From Antedon mediterranea (lineage: Eukaryota; Animalia; Echinodermata): DNA of 64,000 bases. Below are positions 11,308 through 26,500 of this stretch, in pieces. Position 1 is the stretch's first letter. Each line of letters starts with the position of its first letter. The translations under genes were made by a program, and so were the position numbers. A model generated the notes under the pieces. The model worked only from the letters and a program-made list of their open reading frames with translations, was not told where the DNA came from and made no database searches. The DNA lies in NCBI RefSeq assembly GCF_964355755.1, contig NC_092675.1, positions 13,798,912 to 13,862,911 of the forward strand, given 5' to 3'.

Positions 11308-11637
11308 CACCAAAGTGCTTAGAATAGCTTCAAATCGCATTTGGAGACGTTTTAGACCATTTTGTGCATTTCGATGGAACTTGGTTACACAAAAACATCA
11401 AAGTGCTTAAAATCACATTATAAATCGTTTTAGACCATTTTGAGAATTTCGACAAAACTTTTTCACACAAAATACAAAAGTGCTTAGAATAGCTTCAAAT
11501 CGTATTTGGAGACGTTTTAGACCTTTTTGTGCATTTCGATGGAACTTGGTTACACAAAAACATCAAAGTGCTTAAAATCACATTATAAATCGTTTTAGAC
11601 CATTTTGAGAATTTCGACAAAACTTTTTCACACAAAA
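11308..11637 (+). repeat. 165-bp (2-monomer) tandem duplication
   Basis: The variants gatggaac, gagaatttcgac and aatacaaaagtg recur at +165 (11376 and 11541). Confidence 0.85.
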
Positions 11638-12844
11638 TACAAAAGTGCTTAGAATAGCTTCAAATCGCATTTGGAGACGTTTTAGACCATTTTGTGATTT
11701 TCGAAAAAACTTGTTAACATAAAAACACGAAAGTGCTTAGAATAGCTTCAAATCGCATTTAGAAACGTTTTAGACCATTTTGTGATTTTCGAAAAAAATT
11801 GTTAACATAAAAACACCAAAGTGCTTAGAATCACATTATAAACCGTTTTAGACCATTTTGAGCATTTCGATAACAATTTTCACACAAAAACATCAAAGAG
11901 CACAAAATAGCTTAATATCGTATTTAAAAATGTTTTAGACCATTTTGAGCATTTAGATAAAACTTTTTCACACAAAACACCAAAGTGCTTAGAATAGCTT
12001 CAAATCGCATTTGGAGACGTTTTAGACCAATTTGTGATTTTTGAAAAAACTTGTTAACACAAAAACATCAAAGTGCTTAGAATAGCTTCAAATCGCATTT
12101 GAAGACGTTTTAGACCATTTTCTGATTTTTGAAAAAACTTGTTAACATAAAAACACCAAAGTGCTTAGAATAGCTTCAAATCACATTTGGAGACGTTTTA
12201 GACCATTTTGTGATTTTCGAAAAAACTTGTTAACATAAAAACACGAAAGTGCTTAGAATAGCTTCAAATCGCATTTGGAAACGTTTTAGACCATTTTGTG
12301 ATTTTCGAAAAAACTTGTTAACATAAAAACACGAAAGTGCTTAGAATAGCTTCAAATCGCATTTGGAAACGTTTTAGACCATTTTGTGATTTTCGAAAAA
12401 AATTGTTAACATAAAAACACCAAAGTGTTTAGAATAGCTTCAAATCGCATTTGGAGACGTTTTAGACCAATTTGTGATTTTCGAAAAAACTTATCAACAT
12501 AAAAACACCAAAGGGTTTAGAATAGCTTCAAATCGCATTTGGAGACGTTTTAGACCATTTTGTGATTTTCGAAAAAACTTGTTAACATAAAAACACCAAA
12601 GTGCTTAGAATAGCTTCAAATCGTATTTGGAGACGTTTTAGACCATTTTGAGATTTTCGAAAAAACTTGGTTACACAAAAACATCAAAGTGCTTAAAATC
12701 ACATTATAAACCGTTTTAGACCATTTTGAACATTTCGATAACACTTTTCACACAAAAACATCAAAGAGCACAAAAAAGCTTAATATCGTATTTAAAACGT
12801 TTTAGACCATTTTGAGCATTTCGACAAAACTTTTTCACACAAAA

Positions 12845-15640
12845 CACCAAAGTGCTTAGAATAGCTTCAAATCGCATTTGGAGACGTTTTAGACCAATTT
12901 GTGCATTTCGATGAAACTTGATTACACAAAAACATCAACGTGCTTAAAATCACATTATAAACCGTTTTAGACCATTTTGAGCATTTCGATAACACTTTTC
13001 ACACAAAAACATCAAAGAGCACAAAATAGCTTAATATCGTATTTAAAAACGTTTTAGACCATTTTGAGCATTTGGACAAAACTTTTTCACACAAAACACC
13101 AAAGTGCTTAGAATAGCTTCAAATAACATTTGGAGACGTTTTAGACCATTTTGTGCATTTCGATGAAACTTGGTTACACAAAAACATCAAAGTGCTTAAA
13201 ATCACATTATAAATCGTTTTAGACCATTTTGAGCATTTCGACAAAACTTTTTCACACAAAATATCAAAGGGCTTAGAATAGCTTCAAATCGCATTTGGAG
13301 ACGTTTTAGACCATTTTGTGATTTTCGAAAAAACTTTTTAACATAAAAACACCAAAGTGCTTAGAATAGCTTCAAATCACATTTGGAGACGTTTTAGACC
13401 ATTTTGTGATTTTCGAAAAAACTTGTTAACATAAAAACACGAAAGTGCTTAGAATAGCTTCAAATCGCATTTGGAAACGTTTTAGACCATTTTGTGATTT
13501 TCGAAAAAAATTGTTAACATAAAAACACCAAAGTGCTTAGAATCACATTATAAACCGTTTTAGACCATTTTGAGCATTTCGATAACAATTTTCACACAAA
13601 AACATCAAAGAGCACAAAATAGCTTAATATCGTATTTAAAAATGTTTTAGACCATTTTGAGCATTTAGAAAAAACTTTTTCACACAAAACACCAAAGTGC
13701 TTAGAATAGCTTCAAATCGCATTTGGAGACGTTTTAGACCATTTTGTGATTTTTGAAAAAACTTGTTAACATAAAAACACCAAAGTGCTTAGAATAGCTT
13801 CAAATCACATTTGGAGACGTTTTAGACCATTTTGTGATTTTCGAAAAAACTTGTTAACATAAAAACACGAAAGTGCTTAGAATAGCTTCAAATCGCATTT
13901 GGAAACGTTTTAGACCATTTTGTGATTTTCGAAAAAACTTGTTAACATAAAAACACGAAAGTGCTTAGAATAGCTTCAAATCGCATTTGGAAACGTTTTA
14001 GACCATTTTGTGATTTTCGAAAAAAATTGTTAACATAAAAACACCAAAGTGTTTAGAATAGCTTCAAATCGCATTTGGAGACGTTTTAGACCAATTTGTG
14101 ATTTTCGAAAAAACTTATCAACATAAAAACACCAAAGGGTTTAGAATAGCTTCAAATCGCATTTGGAAACGTTTTAGACCATTTTGTGATTTTGAAAAAA
14201 CTTGTTAACATAAAAACACCAAAGTGCTTAGAATAGCTTCAAATCGCATTTGGAGACGTTTTAGACCAATTTGTGCATTTCGATGAAACTTGATTACACA
14301 AAAACATCAACGTGCTTAAAATCACATTATAAACCGTTTTAGACCATTTTGAGCATTTCGATAACACTTTTCACACAAAAACATCAAAGAGCACAAAATA
14401 GCTTAATATCGTATTTAAAAACGTTTTAGACCATTTTTAGCATTTGGACAAAACTTTTTCACACAAAACACCAAAGTGCTTAGAATAGCTTCAAATAACA
14501 TTTGGAGACGTTTTAGACCATTTTGTGCATTTCGATGAAACTTGGTTACACAAAAACATCAAAGTGCTTAAAATCACATTATAAATCGTTTTAGACCATT
14601 TTGAGCATTTCGACAAAACTTTTTCACACAAAATATCAAAGGGCTTAGAATAGCTTCAAATCGCATTTGGAGACGTTTTAGACCATTTTGTGATTTTCGA
14701 AAAAACTTTTTAACATAAAAACACCAAAGTGCTTAGAATAGCTTCAAATCACATTTGGAGACGTTTTAGACCATTTTGTGATTTTCGAAAAAACTTGTTA
14801 ACATAAAAACACGAAAGTGCTTAGAATAGCTTCAAATCGCATTTGGAAACGTTTTAGACCATTTTGTGATTTTCGAAAAAAATTGTTAACATAAAAACAC
14901 CAAAGTGCTTAGAATCACATTATAAACCGTTTTAGACCATTTTGAGCATTTCGATAACAATTTTCACACAAAAACATCAAAGAGCACAAAATAGCTTAAT
15001 ATCGTATTTAAAAATGTTTTAGACCATTTTGAGCATTTAGATAAAACTTTTTCACACAAAACACCAAAGTGCTTAGAATAGCTTCAAATCGCATTTGGAG
15101 ACGTTTTAGACCATTTTGTGATTTTTGAAAAAACTTGTTAACATAAAAACACCAAAAGTGCTTAGAATAGCTTCAAATCACATTTGGAGACGTTTTAGAC
15201 CATTTTGTGATTTTCGAAAAAACTTGTTAACATAAAAACACGAAAGTGCTTAGAATAGCTTCAAATCGCATTTGGAAACGTTTTAGACCATTTTGTGATT
15301 TTCGAAAAAACTTGTTAACATAAAAACACGAAAGTGCTTAGAATAGCTTCAAATCGCATTTGGAAACGTTTTAGACCATTTTGTGATTTTCGAAAAAAAT
15401 TGTTAACATAAAAACACCAAAGTGTTTAGAATAGCTTCAAATCGCATTTGGAGACGTTTTAGACCAATTTGTGATTTTCGAAAAAACTTATCAACATAAA
15501 AACACCAAAGGGTTTAGAATAGCTTCAAATCGCATTTGGAAACGTTTTAGACAATTTTGTGATTTTGAAAAAACTTGTTAACATAAAAACACCAAAGTGC
15601 TTAGAATAGCTTCAAATCGCATTTGGAGACGTTTTAGACC
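12845..15640 (+). repeat. 1372-bp (16-monomer) tandem duplication
   Basis: The variants catcaacgtg (12939/14311), tttggacaaa, aaataacattt and atatcaaagggc (13261/14633) recur at +1372. Confidence 0.88.
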
Positions 15641-18600
15641 ATTTTGTGATTTTCGAAAAAACTTGTTAACATAAAAACACCAAAGTGCTTAGAATAGCTT
15701 CAAATCGTATTTGGAGACGTTTTAGACCATTTTGAGATTTTCGAAAAAACTTGGTTACACAAAAACATCAAAGTGCTTAAAATCACATTATAAACCGTTT
15801 TAGACCATTTTGAGCATTTCGATAACACTTTTGACACAAAAACATCAAAGAGCACAAAATAGCTTAATATCGTATTTAAAAACGTTTTAGACCATTTTGA
15901 GCATTTCGACAAAACTTTTTCACACAAAACACCAAAGTGCTTAGAATAGCTTCAAATCGCATTTGGAGACGTTTTAGACCAATTTGTGCATTTCGATGAA
16001 ACTTGATTACACAAAAACATCAAAGTGCTTAAAATCACATCATAAACCGTTTTAGACCATTTTGAGCATTTCGATAACACTTTTCACACAAAAACATCAA
16101 AGAGCACAAAATAGCTTAATATCGTATTTAAAAACGTTTTAGACCATTTTGAGCATTTCGACAAAACTTTTTCACACAAAACACCAAAGTGCTTAGAATA
16201 GCTTCAAATCGCATTTGGAGACGTTTTAGACCAATTTGTGCATTTCGATGAAACTTGATTACACAAAAACATCAAAGTGCTTAAAATCACATTATAAACC
16301 GTTTTAGACCATTTTGAGCATTTCGATAACACTTTTCACACAAAAACATCAAAGAGCACAAAATAGCTTAATATCGTATTTAAAAACGTTTTAGACCATT
16401 TTGAGCATTTAGACAAAACTTTTTCACACAAAACACCAAAGTGCTTAGAATAGCTTCAAATCGCATTTGGAGACGTTTTAGACCATTTTGTGATTTTTGA
16501 AAAAACTTGTTAACATAAAAACACCAAAGTGCTTAGAATAGCTTCAAATCACATTTGGAGACGTTTTAGACCATTTTGTGATTTTCGAAAAAACTTGTTA
16601 ACATAAAAACACGAAAGTGCTTAGAATAGCTTCAAATCGCATTTGGAAACGTTTTAGACCATTTTGTGATTTTCGAAAAAACTTGTTAACATAAAAACAC
16701 GAAAGTGCTTAGAATCACATTATAAACCGTTTTAGACCATTTTGAGCATTTCGATAACAATTTTCACACAAAAACATCAAAGAGCACAAAATAGCTTAAT
16801 ATCGTATTTAAAAATGTTTTAGACCATTTTGAGCATTTAGATAAAACTTTTTCACACAAAACACCAAAGTGTTTAGAATAGCTTCAAATCGCATTTGGAG
16901 ACGTTTTAGACCATTTTGTGATTTTTGAAAAAACTTGTTAACATAAAAACACCAAAGTGCTTAGAATAGCTTCAAATCACATTTGGAGATGTTTTAGACC
17001 ATTTTGTGATTTTTGAAAAAACTTGTTAACATAAAAACACGAAAGTGCTTAGAATAGCTTCAAATCACATTTGGAGACGTTTTAGACCATTTTGTGATTT
17101 TTGAAAAAACTTGTTAACATAAAAACACGAAAGTGCTTAGAATAGCTTCAAATCGCATTTGGAAACGTTTTAGACCATTTTGCGATTTTCGAAAAAGATT
17201 GTTAACATAAAAACACCAATGTGCTTAGAATCACATTATAAACCGTTTTAGACCATTTTGAGCATTTCGATAACAATTTTCACACAAAAACATCAAAGAG
17301 CACAAAATAACTTAATATCGTATTTATAAATGTTTTAGACCATTTTGAGCATTTCGACAAAACTTTTTCACACAAAACACCAAAGTGCTTAGAATAGCTT
17401 CAAATCGCATTTGGAGACGTTTTAGACCATTTTGTGATTTCGATGAAACTTGATTACACAAAAACATCAAAGTGCTTAAAATCACATTATAAACCGTTTT
17501 AGACCATTTTGAGCATTTCGATAACACTTTTCACACAAAAACATCAAAGAGCAAAAAATAGCTTATTATCGTATTTAAAAACGTTTTAGACCATTTTGAG
17601 CATTTAGACAAAACTTTTTCACACAAAACACCAAAGTGCTTAGAATAGCTTCAAATCGCATTTGGAGACGTTTTAGAACATTTTGTGTTTTTCGAAAAAA
17701 ACTGTTAACATAAAAACACCAAAGTGCTTAGAATAGCTTCAAATCGCATTTGGAGACGTTTTAGAACATTTTGTGTTCTTCGAAAAAACTTGTTACCATA
17801 AAAACACCAAAGTGCTTAGAATAGCTTCAAATCGCATTTGGAGACGTTTTAGACCATTTTGTGATTTTTGAAAAAACTTGTTAACATAAAAACACCAAAG
17901 TGCTTAGAATAGCTTCAAATCACATTTGGAGACGTTTTAGACCATTTTGTGATTTTCGAAAAAACTTGTTAACATAAAAACACCAAAGTGCTTAGAATAG
18001 AGTCAAATCGTATTTGGAGACGTTTTAGACCATTTTGTGATTTTCGAAAAAACTTGTTAACATAAAAACACCAAAGTGCTTAGAATAGCTTCAAATCGCA
18101 TTTGGAGACGGTTTAGACCATTTTATGATTTTGAAAAAACTTGTTAACATAAAAACACCAAAGTGCTTAGAATAGCTTCAAATCGCATTTGGAGACGTTT
18201 TAGACCATTTTGTGATTTTCGAAAAAACTTGTTAACATAAAAACACCAAAGTGCTTAGAATAGCTTCAAATCGTATTTGGAGACGTTTTAGACCATTTTG
18301 AGATTTTCGAAAAAACTTGGTTACACAAAAACATCAAAGTGCTTAAAATCACATTATAAACCGTTTTAGACCATTTTGAGCATTTCGATAACACTTTTCA
18401 CACAAAAACATCAAAGAGCACAAAATAGCTTAATATCGTATTTAAAAACGTTTTAGACCATTTTGAGCATTTCGACAAAACTTTTTCACACAAAACACCA
18501 AAGTGCTTAGAATAGCTTCAAATCGTATTTGGAGACGTTTTAGACCAATTTGTGCATTTCGATGAAACTTGATTACACAAAAACATCAAAGTGCTTAAAA

Positions 18601-21600
18601 TCACATCATAAACCGTTTTAGACCATTTTGAGCATTTCGATAACACTTTTCACACAAAAACATCAAAGAGCACAAAATAGCTTAATATCGTATTTAAAAA
18701 CGTTTTAGACCATTTTGAGCATTTCGACAAAACTTTTTCACACAAAACACCAAAGTGCTTAGAATAGCTTCAAATCGCATTTGGAGACGTTTTAGACCAA
18801 TTTGTGCATTTCGATGAAACTTGATTACACAAAAACATCAAAGTGCTTAAAATCACATTATAAACCGTTTTAGACCATTTTGAGCATTTCGATAACACTT
18901 TTCACACAAAAACATCAAAGTGCTTAAAATCACATTATAAACCGTTTTAGACCATTTTGAGCATTTCGATAACACTTTTCACACAAAAACATCAAAGAGC
19001 ACAAAATTGCTTAATATCGTATTTAAAAACGTTTTAGACCATTTTGAGCATTTCGACAAAACTTTTTCACACAAAACACCAAAGTGCTTAGAATAGCTTC
19101 AAATCGCATTTGGAGACGTTTTAGACCATTTTGTGATTTTTGAAAAAACTTGTTAACATAAAAACACCAAAGTGCTTAGAATAGCTTCAAATCACATTTG
19201 GAGACGTTTTAGACCATTTTGTGATTTTCGAAAAAACTTGTTAACATAAAAACACGAAAGTGCTTAGAATAGCTTCAAATCGCATTTGGAAACGTTTTAG
19301 ACCATTTTGTGATTTTCGAAAAAAATTGTTAACATAAAAACACCAAAGTGCTTAGAATCACATTATAAACCGTTTTAGACCATTTTGAGCATTTCGATAA
19401 CAATTTTCACACAAAAACATCAAAGAGCACAAAATAGCTTAATATCGTATTTAAAAATGTTTTAGACCATTTTGAGCATTTAGATAAAACTTTTTCACAC
19501 AAAACACCAAAGTGCTTAGAATAGCTTCAAATCGCATTTGGAGACGTTTTAGACCATTTTGTGATTTTTGAAAAAACTTGTTAACATAAAAACACCAAAA
19601 GTGCTTAGAATAGCTTCAAATCACATTTGGAGACGTTTTAGACCATTTTGTGATTTTCGAAAAAACTTGTTAACATAAAAACACGAAAGTGCTTAGAATA
19701 GCTTCAAATCGCATTTGGAAACGTTTTAGACCATTTTGTGATTTTCGAAAAAACTTGTTAACATAAAAACACGAAAGTGCTTAGAATAGCTTCAAATCGC
19801 ATTTGGAAACGTTTTAGACCATTTTGTGATTTTCGAAAAAAATTGTTAACATAAAAACACCAAAGTGTTTAGAATAGCTTCAAATCGCATTTGGAGACGT
19901 TTTAGACCAATTTGTGATTTTCGAAAAAACTTATCAACATAAAAACACCAAAGGGTTTAGAATAGCTTCAAATCGCATTTGGAAACGTTTTAGACAATTT
20001 TGTGATTTTGAAAAAACTTGTTAACATAAAAACACCAAAGTGCTTAGAATAGCTTCAAATCGCATTTGGAGACGTTTTAGACCATTTTGTGATTTTCGAA
20101 AAAACTTGTTAACATAAAAACACCAAAGTGCTTAGAATAGCTTCAAATCGTATTTGGAGACGTTTTAGACCATTTTGAGATTTTCGAAAAAACTTGGTTA
20201 CACAAAAACATCAAAGTGCTTAAAATCACATTATAAACCGTTTTAGACCATTTTGAGCATTTCGATAACACTTTTGACACAAAAACATCAAAGAGCACAA
20301 AATAGCTTAATATCGTATTTAAAAACGTTTTAGACCATTTTGAGCATTTCGACAAAACTTTTTCACACAAAACACCAAAGTGCTTAGAATAGCTTCAAAT
20401 CGCATTTGGAGACGTTTTAGACCAATTTGTGCATTTCGATGAAACTTGATTACACAAAAACATCAAAGTGCTTAAAATCACATCATAAACCGTTTTAGAC
20501 CATTTTGAGCATTTTGATAACACTTTTCACACAAAAACATCAAAGAGCACAAAATAGCTTAATATCGTATTTAAAAACGTTTTAGACCATTTAGAGCATT
20601 TCGACAAAACTTTTTCACACAAAACACCAAAGTGCTTAGAATAGCTTCAAATCGCATTTGGAGACGTTTTAGACCAATTTGTGCATTTCGATGAAACTTG
20701 ATTACACAAAAACATCAAAGTGCTTAAAATCACATTATAAACCGTTTTAGACCATTTTGAGCATTTCGATAACACTTTTCACACAAAAACATCAAAGAGC
20801 ACAAAATAGCTTAATATCGTATTTAAAAACGTTTTAGACCATTTTGAGCATTTAGACAAAACTTTTTCACACAAAACACCAAAGTGCTTAGAATAGCTTC
20901 AAATCGCATTTGGAGACGTTTTAGACCATTTTGTGATTTTTGAAAAAACTTGTTAACATAAAAACACCAAAGTGCTTAGAATAGCTTCAAATCACATTTG
21001 GAGACGTTTTAGACCATTTTGTGATTTTCGAAAAAACTTGTTAACATAAAAACACGAAAGTGCTTAGAATAGCTTCAAATCGCATTTGGAAACGTTTTAG
21101 ACCATTTTGTGATTTTCGAAAAAACTTGTTAACATAAAAACACGAAAGTGCTTAGAATCACATTATAAACCGTTTTAGACCATTTTGAGCATTTCGATAA
21201 CAATTTTCACACAAAAACATCAAAGAGCACAAAATAGCTTAATATCGTATTTAAAAATGTTTTAGACCATTTTGAGCATTTAGATAAAACTTTTTCACAC
21301 AAAACACCAAAGTGTTTAGAATAGCTTCAAATCGCATTTGGAGACGTTTTAGACCATTTTGTGATTTTTGAAAAAACTTGTTAACATAAAAACACCAAAG
21401 TGCTTAGAATAGCTTCAAATCACATTTGGAGATGTTTTAGACCATTTTGTGATTTTTGAAAAAACTTGTTAACATAAAAACACGAAAGTGCTTAGAATAG
21501 CTTCAAATCACATTTGGAGACGTTTTAGACCATTTTGTGATTTTTGAAAAAACTTGTTAACATAAAAACACGAAAGTGCTTAGAATAGCTTCAAATCGCA

Positions 21601-23571
21601 TTTGGAAACGTTTTAGACCATTTTGCGATTTTCGAAAAAGATTGTTAACATAAAAACACCAATGTGCTTAGAATCACATTATAAACCGTTTTAGACCATT
21701 TTGAGCATTTCGATAACAATTTTCACACAAAAACATCAAAGAGCACAAAATAACTTAATATCGTATTTATAAATGTTTTAGACCATTTTGAGCATTTCGA
21801 CAAAACTTTTTCACACAAAACACCAAAGTGCTTAGAATAGCTTCAAATCGCATTTGGAGACGTTTTAGACCATTTTGTGATTTCGATGAAACTTGATTAC
21901 ACAAAAACATCAAAGTGCTTAAAATCACATTATAAACCGTTTTAGACCATTTTGAGCATTTCGATAACACTTTTCACACAAAAACATCAAAGAGCAAAAA
22001 ATAGCTTATTATCGTATTTAAAAACGTTTTAGACCATTTTGAGCATTTAGACAAAACTTTTTCACACAAAACACCAAAGTGCTTAGAATAGCTTCAAATC
22101 GCATTTGGAGACGTTTTAGAACATTTTGTGTTTTTCGAAAAAAACTGTTAACATAAAAACACCAAAGTGCTTAGAATAGCTTCAAATCGCATTTGGAGAC
22201 GTTTTAGAACATTTTGTGTTCTTCGAAAAAACTTGTTACCATAAAAACACCAAAGTGCTTAGAATAGCTTCAAATCGCATTTGGAGACGTTTTAGACCAT
22301 TTTGTGATTTTTGAAAAAACTTGTTAACATAAAAACACCAAAGTGCTTAGAATAGCTTCAAATCACATTTGGAGACGTTTTAGACCATTTTGTGATTTTC
22401 GAAAAAACTTGTTAACATAAAAACACCAAAGTGCTTAGAATAGCGTCAAATCGTATTTGGAGACGTTTTAGACCATTTTGTGATTTTCGAAAAAACTTGT
22501 TAACATAAAAACACCAAAGTGCTTAGAATAGCTTCAAATCGCATTTGGAGACGGTTTAGACCATTTTATGATTTTGAAAAAACTTGTTAACATAAAAACA
22601 CCAAAGTGCTTAGAATAGCTTCAAATCGCATTTGGAGACGTTTTAGACCATTTTGTGATTTTCGAAAAAACTTGTTAACATAAAAACACCAAAGTGCTTA
22701 GAATAGCTTCAAATCGTATTTGGAGACGTTTTAGACCATTTTGAGATTTTCGAAAAAACTTGGTTACACAAAAACATCAAAGTGCTTAAAATCACATTAT
22801 AAACCGTTTTAGACCATTTTGAGCATTTCGATAACACTTTTCACACAAAAACATCAAAGAGCACAAAATAGCTTAATATCGTATTTAAAAACGTTTTAGA
22901 CCATTTTGAGCATTTCGACAAAACTTTTTCACACAAAACACCAAAGTGCTTAGAATAGCTTCAAATCGCATTTGGAGACGTTTTAGACCAATTTGTGCAT
23001 TTCGATGAAACTTGATTACACAAAAACATCAAAGTGCTTAAAATCACATCATAAACCGTTTTAGACCATTTTGAGCATTTCGATAACACTTTTCACACAA
23101 AAACATCAAAGAGCACAAAATAGCTTAATATCGTATTTAAAAACGTTTTAGACCATTTTGAGCATTTCGACAAAACTTTTTCACACAAAACACCAAAGTG
23201 CTTAGAATAGCTTAAAATCGCATTTGGAGACGTTTTAGACCAATTTGTGCATTTCGATGAAACTTGATTACACAAAAACATCAAAGTGCTTAAAATCACA
23301 TTATAAACCGTTTTAGACCATTTTGAGCATTTCGATAACACTTTTCACACAAAAACATCAAAGTGCTTAAAATCACATTATAAACCGTTTTAGACCATTT
23401 TGAGCATTTCGATAACACTTTTCACACAAAAACATCAAAGAGCACAAAATTGCTTAATATCGTATTTAAAAACGTTTTAGACCATTTTGAGCATTTCGAC
23501 AAAACTTTTTCACACAAAACACCAAAGTGCTTAGAATAGCTTCAAATCGCATTTGGAGACGTTTTAGACCA
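14712..23571 (+). repeat. 4443-bp tandem duplication
   Basis: The variants accaaaagtg (15151/19594), gacaatttt, ttttgacaca, ttgcgatt, agcaaaaaatagcttatt and the B-B doublet recur at +4443. ORF-track pairs 15700/20143 and 17324/21767 agree. Confidence 0.9.
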
Positions 23572-26500
23572 ATTTGTGCATTTTGATGAAACTTGATTAC
23601 ACAAAAACATCAAAGTGCTTAAAATCACATCATAAACCGTTTTAGACCATTTTGAGCATTTCGATAACACTTTTCACACAAAAACATCAAAGAGAACAAA
23701 ATAGCTTAATATCGTATTTAAAAACGTTTTAGACCATTTTGAGCATTTCGACAAAACTTTTTCACACAAAACACCAAAGTGCTTAGAATAGCTTCAAATC
23801 GCATTTGGAGACGTTTTAGACCAATTTGTGCATTTCGATGAAACTTGATTACACAAAAACATCAAAGTGCTTAAAATCACATTATAAACCGTTTTAGACC
23901 ATTTTGAGCATTTCGATAACACTTTTCACACAAAAACATCAAAGAGCACAAAATAGCTTAATATCGTATTTAAAAACGTTTTAGACCATTTTGAGCATTT
24001 AGACAAAACTTTTTCACACAAAACACCAAAGTGCTTAGAATAGCTTCAAATCGCATTTGGAGACGTTTTAGACCATTTTGTGATTTTTGAAAAAACTTGT
24101 TAACATAAAAACACCAAAGTGCTTAGAATAGCTTCAAATCACATTTGGAGACGTTTTAGACCATTTTGTGATTTTCGAAAAAACTTGTTAACATAAAAAC
24201 ACGAAAGTGCTTAGAATAGCTTCAAATCGCATTTGGAAACGTTTTAGACCATTTTGTGATTTTCGAAAAAACTTGTTAACATAAAAACACGAAAGTGCTT
24301 AGAATCACATTATAAACCGTTTTAGACCATTTTGAGCATTTCGATAACAATTTTCACACAAAAACATCAAAGAGCACAAAATAGCTTAATATCGTATTTA
24401 AAAATGTTTTAGACCATTTTGAGCATTTAGATAAAACTTTTTCACACAAAACACCAAAGTGCTTAGAATAGCTTCAAATCGCATTTGGAGACGTTTTAGA
24501 CCATTTTGTGATTTTTGAAAAAACTTGTTAACATAAAAACACCAAAGTGCTTAGAATAGCTTCAAATCACATTTGGAGATGTTTTAGACCATTTTGTGAT
24601 TTTTGAAAAAACTTGTTAACATAAAAACACGAAAGTGCTTAGAATAGCTTCAAATCACATTTGGAGACGTTTTAGACCATTTTGTGATTTTCGAAAAAAC
24701 TTGTTAACATAAAAACACGAAAGTGCTTAGAATAGCTTCAAATCGCATTTGGAAACGTTTTAGACCATTTTGTGATTTTCGAAAAAGATTGTTAACATAA
24801 AAACACCAATGTGCTTAGAATCACATTATAAACCGTTTTAGACCATTTTGAGCATTTCGATAACAATTTTCACAAAAAAACATCAAAGAGCACAAAATAA
24901 CTTAATATCGTATTTATAAATGTTTTAGACCATTTTGAGCATTTCGACAAAACTTTTTCACACAAAACACCAAAGTGCTTAGAATAGCTTCAAATCGCAT
25001 TTGGAGACGTTTAGACCATTTTGTGATTTTCGAAAAAACTTGTTAACATTAAAACATCAAAGTGTACAGAATAGCTTCAAATCGCATTTGGAGACGTTTT
25101 AGACCAATTTGTGATTTTCGAAAAAACTTGTTAACATAAAAACACCAAAGTGCTTAGAATAGCTTCAAATCGCATTTGGAGACGTTTTAGACCATTTTGT
25201 GATTTTCGAAAAAAATTGTTAACATAAAAACACCAAAGTGCTTAGAATCACATTATAAACCGTTTTAGACCATTTTGAGCATTTCGATAACAATTTTCAC
25301 ACAAAAACATCAAAGAGCACAAAATAGCTTAATATCGTATTTTAAAATGTTTTAGACCATTTTGAGCATTTAGACAAAACTTTTTCATACAAAACACCAA
25401 AGTGCTTAGAATAGCTTCAAATCGCATTTGGAGACGTTTTAGACCATTTTGTGATTTTCGAAAAAACTTGTTAACATAAAAACACCAAAGTGCTTAGAAT
25501 AGCTTCAAATCGCATTTGGAGACGTTTTAGACCATTTTGTGATTTTCGAAAAAACTTGTTAACATAAAAACACCAAAGTGATTAGAATAGCTTCAAATAG
25601 CATTTGGAGATGTTTTAGACCATTTTGTGATTTTCGAAAAAACTTGTTAACATAAAAACACCAAAGTGATTAAAATAGCTTCAAATCGCATTTGGAGACG
25701 TTTTAGACCATTTTGTGGTTTTCAAAAAAACTTGTTAACATAAAAACACCAAAGTGCTTAGAATAGCTTCAAATCGCATTTGGAGACGTTTTAGACCATT
25801 TTGTGCATTTCGATGAAACTTGGTTACACAAAAACATCAAAGTGCTTAAAATCACATTATAAACCGTTTTAGACCATTTTGAGCATTTCGATAACACTGT
25901 TCACACAAAAACATCAAAGAACACAAAATAGCTTAATATCGTATTTAAAAACGTTTTAGACCATTTTGAGCATTTCGACAAAACTTTTTTACACAAAAGA
26001 CCAAAGTGCTTAGAATAATTTCAAATCGCATTTGGAGACGTTTTCGACCAATTTGTGCATTTCGATGAAATTTCGTTACACAAAAACATCAAAGTGCTTA
26101 AAATCACATTATAAACCGTTTTAGACCATTTTGAGCATTTCGATAACACTTTTTCACACAAAACACCAAAGTGCTTAGAATAGCTTCAAATCGCATTTGG
26201 AGACGTTTTAGACCATTTTGTGATTTTCGAAAAAACTTGTTAACATAAAAACACCAAAGTGATTAGAATAGCTTCAAATCACATTTGGAGATGTTTTAGA
26301 CCATTTTGTGATTTTCGAAAAAACTTGTTAACATAAAAACACCAAAGTGCTTAGAATAGCTTCAAATCGCATTTGGAGACGTTTTAGACCAATTTGTGAT
26401 TTTCGAAAAAAATTGTCAACATAAAAACACCAAAGTGTTTATAATAGCTTCAAATCGCATTTGGAGACGTTTTAGACCAATTTGTGATTTTCGCAAAAAC

